Shown in pieces: positions 38,644 to 48,667 of a stretch of DNA of 58,688 nt. The DNA lies in the IMG/VR virus record IMGVR_UViG_3300037041_002703, positions 1 through 58,688 of that record. One strand, 5' to 3'. The DNA comes from a virus (taxonomy: Duplodnaviria > Caudoviricetes). The stretch's first letter is position 1, and each line of letters starts with the position of its first letter. The translations under genes were made by a program, and so were the position numbers. The notes under the pieces were generated by a model, which saw only the letters and a program-made list of their open reading frames with translations, was not told the origin of the DNA and searched no databases.

Positions 38644-40215
38644 TTACAATTTAGACATCAAATCTTTAATTCTTAAGAATTGTGGATTTTCATATGTCTT
38701 TGACTCGATAAGATTAGCAGCTGAACCAGAAGTTTTTGTTGTGTTCAACTGTCTCTCAACACTTTCAGAAATATTTCTAGTATCCACTGTTGAGAGTTCG
38801 TCCTTAACGGTCTTGTAGAGTTGTTTTGATTCTTTTAAATTTTCTACAGAATCAAATCTTCTCAAAATATTTATTTTTTCTTTTTTGGTAGTGGAGTGTT
38901 CTGTGAACAATCTTGTAGCATATGCTAAATTTGAATTGAATACAGCAACTTCATTAAGTTTTTCTCTGAAAACATTTAATGCTTTTCTATATTCTTCGTT
39001 TTTCTCTCTAAGCATTTTCAACTCAGATTCAACGGATTCAACTTTAACACCATTATTACTATAAACATAATTTCTATTGTTAGTAATACCTTTTCTTAAT
39101 CCTCTACCTTCTTTAGAACCCATACCATACGTTCTAGCAGCTTCTTTTGTTTCTTCCTTGGTTTCATAGTCTTTTTTACCAGGATGGGTCTTAGATTTAT
39201 CACCTTTGTTACCACCAACTTTTCCTTCGTAGTCTTTAAAGTGTCCATCTTTACCCTCACCAGCTTTCTTTTCAACACCATCTACTTTCTTACGTCTGTA
39301 TTCGCGTTTCTTAGAATCTTCTTCTATTTCACCCTCTTTGAATTCAAATTTTGCTTTACCAGTTCCCATAGTTTTAGGTCCAGCCTTTTTGTGGTCATCA
39401 AACCCTTTCTTAGGTAAAGTACTATCGTACTTAAACTTAGGGTTACCCATTCCAACGCCTTTTGGTTTTACAGTCATTTTAGCTTCGGTAAGGTCGTAAT
39501 CCTCTGAGTAGTCACTATAATCCATCATTTCATCTAGTTCCTCATCCATGTCTTCCTCATCCATTTCGATTTCATACATAATTTCATCCGCATCAGATTC
39601 TTTTTTCTTTCCAGAATACAAAGCTTCTATCATTGCGTCTAAATCTGTATCTTCTTGCATGTCTAATTCAGAAAAATCCATTTCATCTTCCATACCTTCA
39701 GTATCGTAATCCATCATATCACTTTCTTCATCCATTTCGGACTCATCAAGTTTTACAATATACTCAACGTCTTCATTTTCATCGGATAGATGAATTTCAT
39801 CATTATCTTTCACAACAATAATTCCATCTTCTGAGCCCATTGCTTTAAAAACTTTGACAATTTTATCAAAATCTTTTTCACCGGTCATATCGATAGTTTC
39901 TTCTGAATCTTCGAAGTCCATAGTATCCATATCGTCCATATCGTCCATGTCACCCATATCCAATACAGACATATCCAATTCCTCAGAATCTTCCATACCC
40001 TCAGCATCGTCATCCATGTCTAATTCCATTCCGACTTCTGCATCGAGCTCAACCTCATCATCATCAGCTTGTTCAGATAGAGATTCCTTTACTAATTGAC
40101 TGATTTCTTCCTTCATAGTAGAAGCAAGTATTCCTTTTGCGTTTTCGGCAATTACCTCCTCAACATTTTTCATTTGAATGAGTGCCTCTTCAACTAAATT
40201 TTTAGTTTCTTGCAT
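38644..40215 (-). CDS. Prohead core/scaffold protein (gp22-like)
   Basis: Very acidic D/E/M-rich region plus C-terminal coiled coil, located between protease and capsid genes. Confidence 0.75.
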   Translation of the reverse strand: MQETKNLVEEALIQMKNVEEVIAENAKGILASTMKEEISQLVKESLSEQADDDEVELDAEVGMELDMDDDAEGMEDSEELDMSVLDMGDMDDMDDMDTMDFEDSEETIDMTGEKDFDKIVKVFKAMGSEDGIIVVKDNDEIHLSDENEDVEYIVKLDESEMDEESDMMDYDTEGMEDEMDFSELDMQEDTDLDAMIEALYSGKKKESDADEIMYEIEMDEEDMDEELDEMMDYSDYSEDYDLTEAKMTVKPKGVGMGNPKFKYDSTLPKKGFDDHKKAGPKTMGTGKAKFEFKEGEIEEDSKKREYRRKKVDGVEKKAGEGKDGHFKDYEGKVGGNKGDKSKTHPGKKDYETKEETKEAARTYGMGSKEGRGLRKGITNNRNYVYSNNGVKVESVESELKMLREKNEEYRKALNVFREKLNEVAVFNSNLAYATRLFTEHSTTKKEKINILRRFDSVENLKESKQLYKTVKDELSTVDTRNISESVERQLNTTKTSGSAANLIESKTYENPQFLRIKDLMSKL

Positions 40216-40249
40216 GTAAATTGTTTTCCTAATAAATAGTTAATAAAAT

Positions 40250-40325
40250 AAAAAAATCCGTTTGTACCCCTTTTTATTAAAAAAGGTACGAACGGAAATA
40301 AAAAAGGTGGGTCACCCCACCTTTA
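40250..40325 (-). terminator. Two tandem hairpin terminators upstream of the scaffold gene
   Basis: Minus strand: AAAGGTGGG-GTGA-CCCACCTTTTTT (40303-40324) then TCCGTTCGTACC...GGTACAAACGGA-TTTTTT (40257-40296). Confidence 0.7.
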
Positions 40326-40329
40326 AAAA

Positions 40330-40539
40330 TCAATCAATCACTTCATCAATTTTACTTTCCACTACCGAGATAATTCGCCAATCGTGCTGGAAGCCAGTGT
40401 ATTTTTTAGTTACTTTAGCTTCGACATCAGTCACCGAAAACCCATTAACGAGTTTTTCTTCTCTGATTTTTTTAACACGTCCAGAGTTTTCATCCGGCAA
40501 ATCATAAACGATTTTTGCAATAAAGAATTTTTCTTCCAT
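40330..40539 (-). CDS. DUF4494-like small protein
   Basis: FIAKIVYD...GRVKKIREEKLVNGFSVTDVEAKV...ISVVESKIDEV resembles Bacteroidota DUF4494. Confidence 0.6.
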   Translation of the reverse strand: MEEKFFIAKIVYDLPDENSGRVKKIREEKLVNGFSVTDVEAKVTKKYTGFQHDWRIISVVESKIDEVID

Positions 40540-40549
40540 AATAAATAAA

Positions 40550-41266
40550 TTAACGATTCAAATAATCGGTTAATTTTTTCATTAAATCAACTGACTTACC
40601 CATTCCAGAGTCAGAAATTTTTTGTTTTTTTTCTTCTTCTAGATTTTCTTCATACGTACTTCTTTCCTCAGGACTACCAAAAAGGTATGCACCTGGAGTT
40701 GATGGTGAGGAAACTAAGTCAAAGCAAATCAACTCAAAATCTTCTTGAACTTCATTTTGGTCACCTTTTTTTGCTAGCGAACCAACACCTCTCGACGACA
40801 CACCCATAGTCACTCCCTGACGCATTAAATTAGCCGCGATATCACCCTTAGTAGAAACTATTCCACTTTCATGAAATCCTGGTGATGTTAACAATTTTAA
40901 TTTACCCATTAAAATATTTCCATCCCACCAAACGTCGGTAATTATATGTGAAACTCGGTCCAAATCAATTAAAGAAGATTCTGGATGGTTCAACTCTGAA
41001 GTTGATAATCCTTTTTTAATAGCTGTTTTATACCTTTCAGCTTCTCTTTTTAAAATTTTTTCCGGATACACTCTGCCGTTTCTGTTTGGAACACCGTATT
41101 TCTGTAGTACAGCAAAAAATTCAAATGGATTTCTATAGTCAATTTCTTTGGTTTCCCTGAGAATGGCTTCATTTAAAGGGTCTCTTGGTGATACATATCC
41201 AGCATCCATTTCTACTAGAATGCCTCTGCCACTATCTTTAGGACCCAAAACTGGTAAATCTTTCAT
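40550..41266 (-). CDS. gp21: Prohead maturation protease (T4 gp21-like)
   Basis: NRNGRVYP, ELNHP, RVSH, GVSSRGVGS, FDLVSSPSTPGAY. Confidence 0.93.
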   Translation of the reverse strand: MKDLPVLGPKDSGRGILVEMDAGYVSPRDPLNEAILRETKEIDYRNPFEFFAVLQKYGVPNRNGRVYPEKILKREAERYKTAIKKGLSTSELNHPESSLIDLDRVSHIITDVWWDGNILMGKLKLLTSPGFHESGIVSTKGDIAANLMRQGVTMGVSSRGVGSLAKKGDQNEVQEDFELICFDLVSSPSTPGAYLFGSPEERSTYEENLEEEKKQKISDSGMGKSVDLMKKLTDYLNR

Positions 41267-41292
41267 TATATCTTTTAAAGATAAATATTCTA

Positions 41293-41745
41293 TTATAGCG
41301 TAGTTTTTATTTTTAGTTTTTCTTTACTTGAACTAAACGTAAAATATTCATTTCTTATAATGCAATCCTTGTAAATTTCTTTGATAATTTTACGAATTAG
41401 CTCTTTTAGTTGCGACCCTTTAAAATCCAATTCTATTTTAGTATAAAGATTAATTTCAAGATTCATAAATGATTTTTTATTAAGTTGAATACCACTAGTT
41501 CTCAGGTCTAAGTCAACTATAAATTTTTCTGAAAATATTTCTCGATTAATACTGTGATAAACTGAATGTTTTATGTCTCGAGACAAATTTGCAACAACTC
41601 GTTGCCAATTTTCGCTTTCTTTCTTTGGACAAACCCACGTTTGGATGTTTATGTACATCGACTTTAGGTTTTTAGAATCCACGGTACCAAATGATGTTTT
41701 TAAAGATTCATATTGATTTAATTTTACCGTCTTACCTTTCTTCAT
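41293..41745 (-). CDS. Hypothetical head-module protein
   Basis: Likely start MKKGKTVKL at 41745. Confidence 0.7.
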   Translation of the reverse strand: MKKGKTVKLNQYESLKTSFGTVDSKNLKSMYINIQTWVCPKKESENWQRVVANLSRDIKHSVYHSINREIFSEKFIVDLDLRTSGIQLNKKSFMNLEINLYTKIELDFKGSQLKELIRKIIKEIYKDCIIRNEYFTFSSSKEKLKIKTTL

Positions 41746-41822
41746 TAATATTAAAGTTGAAAATAGATTATTTATATTCAAAGAATAAGAAACTTTTTAA
41801 CAATTCCAAATATTTCTAGAAT

Positions 41823-42008
41823 ATGTTAATAGTTGAAGTAGATAAGAATATCGAAAAAGCGCTTAAGATACTGAAGTCAAAAGTTATTAAAACTAGACAA
41901 AATCAGTTGTTAAACGCCAAAAAAGAATTTGTAAAAAAATCTGTATTAAAAAGAAACAAGATAACCAAAGCGGTCTATGTTCAACAAATTAGGAATCAAG
42001 TAGAATAG
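41823..42008 (+). CDS. rpsU: Phage-encoded 30S ribosomal protein bS21
   Basis: MLIVEV..NIEKALK.LK.KV.KT.....L..KKEFVKKSV.KR....KAVYVQ matches Bacteroidota-type bS21. Confidence 0.88.
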   Translation: MLIVEVDKNIEKALKILKSKVIKTRQNQLLNAKKEFVKKSVLKRNKITKAVYVQQIRNQVE

Positions 42009-42696
42009 ATTTTTCCAAATTCTTTAGTTTGACATAACTAATTTGACTGTACTTTTCATTACCAATTTTTCCGATTGTTTCGGAAATTTTTCCTTTAAGT
42101 TCTTCATCACCTTCTTTTTCTGAAAGAAGTTGTAATTTGTTCATAGCAGACTCCTTAAGGGTGTTAAATTCTGTTTCCAAATCAACATTATTGGATGCAA
42201 TGACATGGAAAATTTCTTTTCTAGAATTTTCATCCAAATTTTCTATGTATTTTGATAATGTTTGATTAGCAATCGAAACCATGGACTTTAAAGGAATTTT
42301 AGGAGAATCAATAGGTTTTTTTATTGATTCCATTAACTTACTAATAATCTCTTTTTTTGAAATCAATCGTTCTCTAATATCTACTTTATTAAAGTAAACT
42401 AAGTTATCAATATTTTCATATAAATTATGAACCTTTTCACCATTTTTAGGTAACTGAGTTATTTCCAATAAGTGTCTTACAACATTTAGCGCTTCTTCAA
42501 AAAACTCTTTTGCTTCATTTTCAGACAACCCTTGTGGTTTGGATAAGTCATCGTAAATTGAATATATTTTTGAAAAAGATTTGTTTGATAAAACATTATG
42601 TCTAAATTCTCTCAATGTTTGCTTGAAAGTTGAGGTGTCCTTGTAGGACTCTACTAGGTTTTTTTCTATAATAGATTTAATTTGTCCGAAAGTCAT
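41989..42696 (-). CDS. Hypothetical helical protein in the head module
   Basis: 235 aa ORF with TATTTAT at 42717-42723. Confidence 0.7.
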   Translation of the reverse strand: MTFGQIKSIIEKNLVESYKDTSTFKQTLREFRHNVLSNKSFSKIYSIYDDLSKPQGLSENEAKEFFEEALNVVRHLLEITQLPKNGEKVHNLYENIDNLVYFNKVDIRERLISKKEIISKLMESIKKPIDSPKIPLKSMVSIANQTLSKYIENLDENSRKEIFHVIASNNVDLETEFNTLKESAMNKLQLLSEKEGDEELKGKISETIGKIGNEKYSQISYVKLKNLEKSILLDS

Positions 42697-42723
42697 GAGG
42701 TCGTAATTAATCTCTTATAAATA

Positions 42724-45570
42724 TTACGAATTTAATAACTTATCTAGTTCATCATTTAATTTACCTAAACTTTGCTGACCAACACCTAAATTTAAATATT
42801 TTTTACCATATAAATTAGATTCAATCAATAAATTCAAATCTTTACCCCTTATTGATTCTGGGGTTATTTCAGCTTCTTCGGGAGCTGGTGTTTCAGGTGT
42901 TTCGGGAACTCCAGGTATACCACCAGTATCCCCACCACCAAAATCTTCTCCGCCTAAAGCACCACCTAAGTCAGGAATACTTCCTCCACCCCCACCTAAT
43001 GAAGCGGCTGCAGGTTCAGAAGTTTCTCCTGGAGGAGCAGCTGGAGCTCCCTCTCCAGGTTTGTTGCCGTATAAAGCATCAATCTGGTCAAATATACCAG
43101 TTTTAGAAATTACTGTTGGGGTATTTTTAAGTTCTTCACCAATTGCCCTTTCCATTCTTTGCTGTAGCAGGTCAGTCTTAATTTCGTCATCAGACCAATT
43201 AAAAATGTGTTTTTTAGCCCATGTAGAAGATGCTGGTTGAATGCCATTTCCTGGGTCAGAAACCAAATCACGATAAAGTAATACTTTTTCCTTCCATATA
43301 TCAACTTTAAGCAAATCTGCCTGTGTTGAGGGGTTTGTGAGCCCCAAAGTAAAATTAGAAATTTCTTCTTCGAATCCTAAAATAAATAAATGCACTATGG
43401 CAATTTTATTTAATTCTTGAATCATCGATTTTTGAATTCGATTAATAGTACGGGCAAAACGAATATCCTGTAAAGCTAAACTTTTACCATCACCAACAAC
43501 TTCTTCAAATCCAAGAAACGCCTTCGGAATACGTAGAGCGGTTACCAGTTTTTTCTGGATATATTCAATGTCCGCAATTTCAGAAAGATTTTGGGCACCG
43601 GGCAAAGTATCAATAGGACTAGGTTGCGCTGGGTCTCTTACAGGTATAAAATAATCCTGGTCAACAGCCATCTGATTGAATCGCATATCAACATTACCTG
43701 TTTTCGAATCGACAATTTGTTCTCTTTTGAATTTGTTGGCAACACGTTGTACATAAGCTTCAACATCATCATCATTCATGTTTCCAACATAAACCTTAAA
43801 AATTCTTCTTTCTGGCGCACGAGATGTACGATAAATTAACATGGCATCCTCAGATAGCAACAATTGTTTCCAAATTCTTCTTGATTTTTCAAGCATAGAA
43901 GTACCATAAGGAAGTTTTCTATCGTCCCCAAGCAATCTAAAATGTGCGATTTCCCATGGTTGGAATTCCATGTTTTGGGGTTTCCAAGTAAATCTCAATC
44001 CTTTGTCATCCGTATTTTGAGGGACACCGATTGATGAATTTCTAGTTGCAAGCCCTTGTTCAAATCTTTCGATTTCTATATTGGGCAACTGCTGGCAACC
44101 TATAACCCCTTTTTCAGGGTCTAATCTCATGTAAACAAAATTATCACCATACTTACAGGTGTTTCTTGTCCACATTGCAAGGTTAGTATTAATGTCTAGT
44201 GCGTTATTGAATAAATCAACTAGTACTGACTTAATTCTTTTTGACTCTGAATAAACCTGAAGAATTAGACCATCCTCATTGGGTGTAGTAGATTCCTCGG
44301 CATAAATGTCCAACGCAGCAGAAATTTCTGGAGTGTTGTGTGAAAAAATAGTGTCTGTGGCAAAATTCTTATAGCCAGGAACTGTTAAGTCGTACACAGG
44401 AATAATGCCAAAAGGTTCAATAGATTCAATTTTGTGATTTAAATTGATTACATCACCTTTTGATTTTGCTGTGGAATATTTTGACTTTTCAATACCATAA
44501 GCTTCTAAAAATGTTTGCCAATCAGAATATCCTGAATTAACAACCTCTCTTTGTATTTTCCTATATGAAACATTTAATTTTGTTGCTGTTTTTTTGAGAG
44601 TTTTTTCACCTCTAGCTGCTTCAATAATATTGTCAAAACCAATTGTGAAATACGATGGATTGTTTACACCAGAACGCTTACCATCCCAAGACATTTTACC
44701 CTTTCTTTTTGCAACCTCAGACATTTTTTCCCTAAACTTAGGATTGGACCATAATTTTTCGTTGTTCAATTTTGCGTGATAAGCCCTATGTTCAGAAATT
44801 TTCATTATTTGAAGATTTTCTGGTTGATTATTCTTACCATTAAAATCAATATGATGAACTTCTTCGTCTTTTTCTATCGAGATGTTGTAAAACCACTGTG
44901 CAATTAAATTATGTTCGGAAATCCAGCCATTATGGCCTTCACTAGAATTACAAGTATAAATCCAATTATACTTTTCATTATTGAAAAAAGATTTACGATA
45001 AAAGGGCATCATAGAATCTCCTTTTTGTAAATTCATTACTCTTTCAAAAGAACCATCCCGTTTCATTAATTGATGTTCCCATGTTGCAATTATAAATGAA
45101 CCATCATCAAAGGTGACTTTATATGTCATTTCATCCCTTGTGTAGTGAGCATTTCTTGCTTTTGCTGGCACAACCTTTTTTAAATTGTGGTCATAAGAGT
45201 ATGTTATAAATTCGTAGTTTGGCCCTTTATCTGCGAGCTCTTTAATGGTAATAAATCCATCAGGTGTTGCTATTTTAGTATCACCATGAATACAATACTC
45301 CATAGATTCGTAATCGTAGTAGGACGCTAATCTGTTTGGCTCATAATAGACTGCTTGGGTATAAAGATTATTCTCAACCTTAGCAAACTGATTAGCTAAA
45401 TAAAACGATTGTTTGGCTTGAAGTTTTTCTCTTTCATATTCTGCCTTGTCAGTTGTTCTAAGAAGTTCTTTCTTATCTAACTTATAGACAGGAAAATCCT
45501 GATTTAACAAAGCGTCAGGGCCCAAAGCTCTACTTAATCTTTGCCAAACCGTAAAATTTCTATTTTCCAT
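42724..45570 (-). CDS. gp20: Portal protein (T4 gp20-like) containing an intein
   Basis: YESME..PEISAALDIYAEE, EDAMLIYRTSRAPERRIF.V.VGN, DYFIPVR, IDTLPGAQNL, DIRFARTINRIQ. Confidence 0.92.
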   Translation of the reverse strand: MENRNFTVWQRLSRALGPDALLNQDFPVYKLDKKELLRTTDKAEYEREKLQAKQSFYLANQFAKVENNLYTQAVYYEPNRLASYYDYESMEYCIHGDTKIATPDGFITIKELADKGPNYEFITYSYDHNLKKVVPAKARNAHYTRDEMTYKVTFDDGSFIIATWEHQLMKRDGSFERVMNLQKGDSMMPFYRKSFFNNEKYNWIYTCNSSEGHNGWISEHNLIAQWFYNISIEKDEEVHHIDFNGKNNQPENLQIMKISEHRAYHAKLNNEKLWSNPKFREKMSEVAKRKGKMSWDGKRSGVNNPSYFTIGFDNIIEAARGEKTLKKTATKLNVSYRKIQREVVNSGYSDWQTFLEAYGIEKSKYSTAKSKGDVINLNHKIESIEPFGIIPVYDLTVPGYKNFATDTIFSHNTPEISAALDIYAEESTTPNEDGLILQVYSESKRIKSVLVDLFNNALDINTNLAMWTRNTCKYGDNFVYMRLDPEKGVIGCQQLPNIEIERFEQGLATRNSSIGVPQNTDDKGLRFTWKPQNMEFQPWEIAHFRLLGDDRKLPYGTSMLEKSRRIWKQLLLSEDAMLIYRTSRAPERRIFKVYVGNMNDDDVEAYVQRVANKFKREQIVDSKTGNVDMRFNQMAVDQDYFIPVRDPAQPSPIDTLPGAQNLSEIADIEYIQKKLVTALRIPKAFLGFEEVVGDGKSLALQDIRFARTINRIQKSMIQELNKIAIVHLFILGFEEEISNFTLGLTNPSTQADLLKVDIWKEKVLLYRDLVSDPGNGIQPASSTWAKKHIFNWSDDEIKTDLLQQRMERAIGEELKNTPTVISKTGIFDQIDALYGNKPGEGAPAAPPGETSEPAAASLGGGGGSIPDLGGALGGEDFGGGDTGGIPGVPETPETPAPEEAEITPESIRGKDLNLLIESNLYGKKYLNLGVGQQSLGKLNDELDKLLNS
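44335..45294 (-). mobile_element. Intein (320 aa) with HNH homing endonuclease inside the portal gene
   Basis: Starts CIHGDTKIATPDG and ends VYDLTVPGYKNFATDTIFSHN/T. Block B ATWEH. EVHHIDFNGKNNQPENL is the HNH motif. Confidence 0.92.
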
Positions 45571-45610
45571 TGTCCTAAACTTAAACTATCTGAGTTTAAT
45601 ATAAATAGTT

Positions 45611-47371
45611 TTACCTACCAAATAACCAACCATATTTTTCATAGTCAGCCCTTGACGCTGAGTAATTTTTTTGGTTGGGCATACCTTGCTGAGAAAATTG
45701 AGGTAAAGCCGGATTAAAATATTCGGATTTATCTTTGTTTTCAGTTATTACTGTGTTCCATGAATTTAACATCGCTTTAGTATGGTTGACTACCTTAACT
45801 AATGAAGGGAAAGCAGCTTCTGCAACATATAAAGCCATGGAAATCGCCATGATACAGTCATCGTGATGACCTCTTTGGTGGTCAGGTCTACCATTCATGT
45901 AAATAAAAGTTCCCATTTCGTTAATCAATCTATTAGACTTTATTTTAAATTCATGTCTGATAGCTTCTTCAAATGAAGCGATAATTTGAACTCTTTTATT
46001 ATTAAAATTTATCCCGGGAATTTTTTCTTTTATTTTTGGGTCATACTTCCATTTATTATTCATATCAACACCGTCGTAATAAAAATTTTCGTACCCTAGC
46101 TCTTGTAATTTCCTGGCTGTAGCAACCCCCATGCCACCAGTCAAATCAATAACACACAAAGCACTATACATTATTCCCCATTTATAAGCAATTTCTGCGA
46201 GAGTGTCTGGAGGTAGTTTACCAACAAACTCTAATACTTGTTCGCGAGAATCGAAATCAATAATTTCAATACAAGAAAAATCTTCCGAATCACCTCTGGA
46301 AACGTCAATTCCCATTACATATTTATGTTCATTTTCTGGCTCTTTCCAAATCCAGAGTTGGCCCCCAACTAATTTGGCTTCGGGTTCTCTAACATCGTTC
46401 TTAACAATTGTCTGCAACATTTGAGCGTCAAACACATTGTCTCCAGAACCCAGAAAATTACATTCCAATTCCTGTGCTACCTTCCTTCGGTCGTATTTTA
46501 ATTTTTTAACCATGCTCTCGAACCAGGATGAGCATGGTTTGTAACCATCATTGATGTATTGATGTAAGATTGAAAGTTGCCTTTCTCTTCTGTTTTCAGC
46601 AGATAAATCTAGAATAACATCCTTTGGGTATTCTTCTTTGTTAAGCAAATAATGTACAAGGTCGTTAGTTTTGACCATGTATAAATCTTTTGTGTATCTA
46701 GGGTCTCTGTACCAATACATTTCCGTAATCTTGAAATCATTCATATTACGTAATGCTTGGTCATAAATTTCATAATAAATGGGGTCAAAACCATTAGGTG
46801 TAGAAATCACAATAACTTTACCCCCAGTTGAGAGCGAAGCCATACATGCTGCCCAGAAGTCACTATCAGCTTCGATAAAGGCTGCTTCGTCAAAAATAAG
46901 TGTTGTTGGCGTGTATCCTCTAAGGGCGTCTTTTGAAGTTGCTACAGCTTTTACTTCACAACCATTTGAAAGTTTAAAATGTCTAGCAGAATTTTTTTCC
47001 GGTGCAAAACTTATGCCTACCCAAGGGGGCCATTGTTCTGTAAAACCCCGAATTTTGTTAGCAAATTCAACTGAAGTGTCAAGTTTATTTGCAATAATCA
47101 AAACTTTTTCGGGTTTTTCTTTTCTCGCAAAAGCTAATCTTTTACTCGCCCAAGCAGCTGTTACAGTGGAAACACCTGCTTGACGATACTTCAAAGCAAT
47201 ATTTTCATTGAAATTTTCATAATCCTCAACCAATTGAACTTGGTCTTGGAAAAGCTCCAAAGGGACATACCTTGAAACGGTATTGTCGTAAGTTTGAAGA
47301 TAAGCTTTAAGAGCATAAGGAGTGCTTTTCATACACTTCTTATACTCAATGATTACTTGTTCTTTTGTCAT
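45611..47371 (-). CDS. terL: Large terminase subunit (T4 gp17-like)
   Basis: KYRQAGVST Walker A, LIFDEAAF Walker B, ISTPNG, QELECNF, GIDVSRG, HDDCIMA. Confidence 0.95.
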   Translation of the reverse strand: MTKEQVIIEYKKCMKSTPYALKAYLQTYDNTVSRYVPLELFQDQVQLVEDYENFNENIALKYRQAGVSTVTAAWASKRLAFARKEKPEKVLIIANKLDTSVEFANKIRGFTEQWPPWVGISFAPEKNSARHFKLSNGCEVKAVATSKDALRGYTPTTLIFDEAAFIEADSDFWAACMASLSTGGKVIVISTPNGFDPIYYEIYDQALRNMNDFKITEMYWYRDPRYTKDLYMVKTNDLVHYLLNKEEYPKDVILDLSAENRRERQLSILHQYINDGYKPCSSWFESMVKKLKYDRRKVAQELECNFLGSGDNVFDAQMLQTIVKNDVREPEAKLVGGQLWIWKEPENEHKYVMGIDVSRGDSEDFSCIEIIDFDSREQVLEFVGKLPPDTLAEIAYKWGIMYSALCVIDLTGGMGVATARKLQELGYENFYYDGVDMNNKWKYDPKIKEKIPGINFNNKRVQIIASFEEAIRHEFKIKSNRLINEMGTFIYMNGRPDHQRGHHDDCIMAISMALYVAEAAFPSLVKVVNHTKAMLNSWNTVITENKDKSEYFNPALPQFSQQGMPNQKNYSASRADYEKYGWLFGR

Positions 47372-47377
47372 AAATTC

Positions 47378-48667
47378 TTAGTCAGGACGGGAAATCCCCA
47401 AACCTGCCAAGAAATCCAATCCATCATCTTCCATGTCTTCACTGGAGTCAAAACTTTCATACTCTTCCTTATTCTTTTTGGCAATTTTAATAAGTTCTTT
47501 AAACTTATTAGTTGCTTTTGAATTTTTGTTTGTATCATCGGAAATTGCATTCCCTATGATTTTAAGGAATTCCTCGGCAGGAAGTTTATAAAGTTCCATT
47601 TGAAACCAGTTAATAAGCCCCTTATTTTCTTCATCAAATATTTCATTAGGTAAAGCAAAACGAATTTTTTCAACTACTTGAGGACCAATTCTAAGTGACC
47701 ATGCTTCCATTGGTAATGTATCTGTCTGACCCATAACTTTTGCTCTAGTTTCCGGGTCTTCAGGTAAACCATATCTACCTTTGGCTTCTTCAATACCTTT
47801 AAGAATTTCGTGGCACAACATAGGGAAAATTAAACCATAAGCTTTGATTACAGTGTCTGCAGATTCCTCACCACCACCTTCTTCTCCACCATCTTCACCG
47901 TCGGCGTCGCCCAATTCCACCATGGCGGCAACACCTTGGCCAGTAGAACTCATCTGGTCAATTAAATCCTCCATAGTAAAATACATAAAATCATTTATAG
48001 CCATAAGCGTAGCATACATTCTATACAATCTAGGGTCTATGGCATCAAGTTTGGCTTTTATCTCAGGTTTTTGAAAGAAAAAATGACCTTTTTTTGCAGT
48101 ACCTTGTATAATTGCATTGATTATATTACGTTTGTGGGTTTCAAGTTCTATAATTTCTTTAGAAGTAAGGTCTTCAATGTCAAATCCAGAATCAATCATT
48201 AATTTTTTAATTTCTTCCTCGTTCTCATCATCAAGTTCTTCAGCTGCCAATCTAAAATTACTAGTATCAATAGGCTGACGATTTAAATAAGCCTCAATTA
48301 AAAACCAATCTTTAGGAACTTGAGCCTCGTCCAATGACGATTCGATTGCAAGATTTTCTAATTCATCTTTGTGACGTGATTCGATATTGACAATTTGAGG
48401 TACTAATCCCATCATCTCAGAAACCAGCGTTCTAGCAAGCATTGGGCTATTAATTGTTTGATTACCCGTAACCTCTCTAACCTTATCAACAACTTCTTTG
48501 AAACGTCTAGTTGCAAGTTTTTGAACTTGTTCAGAACCCTCCTTAAAAGCAGGATTTTTAGCAAAAGGGCTCTCTGGGTCCCTTAACTTACGCTCCAAAC
48601 TTGGGTCCATCCGTTCTGGATAATCCCCATAATCAATATCCTCACTAATTTTCTTACTTTTTGCCAT
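47378..48667 (-). CDS. Hypothetical head-module protein
   Basis: About 429 aa ORF co-directional with terL. Contains HEILKGIEE. Confidence 0.7.
   Translation of the reverse strand: MAKSKKISEDIDYGDYPERMDPSLERKLRDPESPFAKNPAFKEGSEQVQKLATRRFKEVVDKVREVTGNQTINSPMLARTLVSEMMGLVPQIVNIESRHKDELENLAIESSLDEAQVPKDWFLIEAYLNRQPIDTSNFRLAAEELDDENEEEIKKLMIDSGFDIEDLTSKEIIELETHKRNIINAIIQGTAKKGHFFFQKPEIKAKLDAIDPRLYRMYATLMAINDFMYFTMEDLIDQMSSTGQGVAAMVELGDADGEDGGEEGGGEESADTVIKAYGLIFPMLCHEILKGIEEAKGRYGLPEDPETRAKVMGQTDTLPMEAWSLRIGPQVVEKIRFALPNEIFDEENKGLINWFQMELYKLPAEEFLKIIGNAISDDTNKNSKATNKFKELIKIAKKNKEEYESFDSSEDMEDDGLDFLAGLGISRPD

Noticed and set aside
39480-40070. D/E/M-rich repeats in the scaffold gene
   Set aside because: Low-complexity acidic tracts are expected in T4-like core proteins and do not indicate a separate element.
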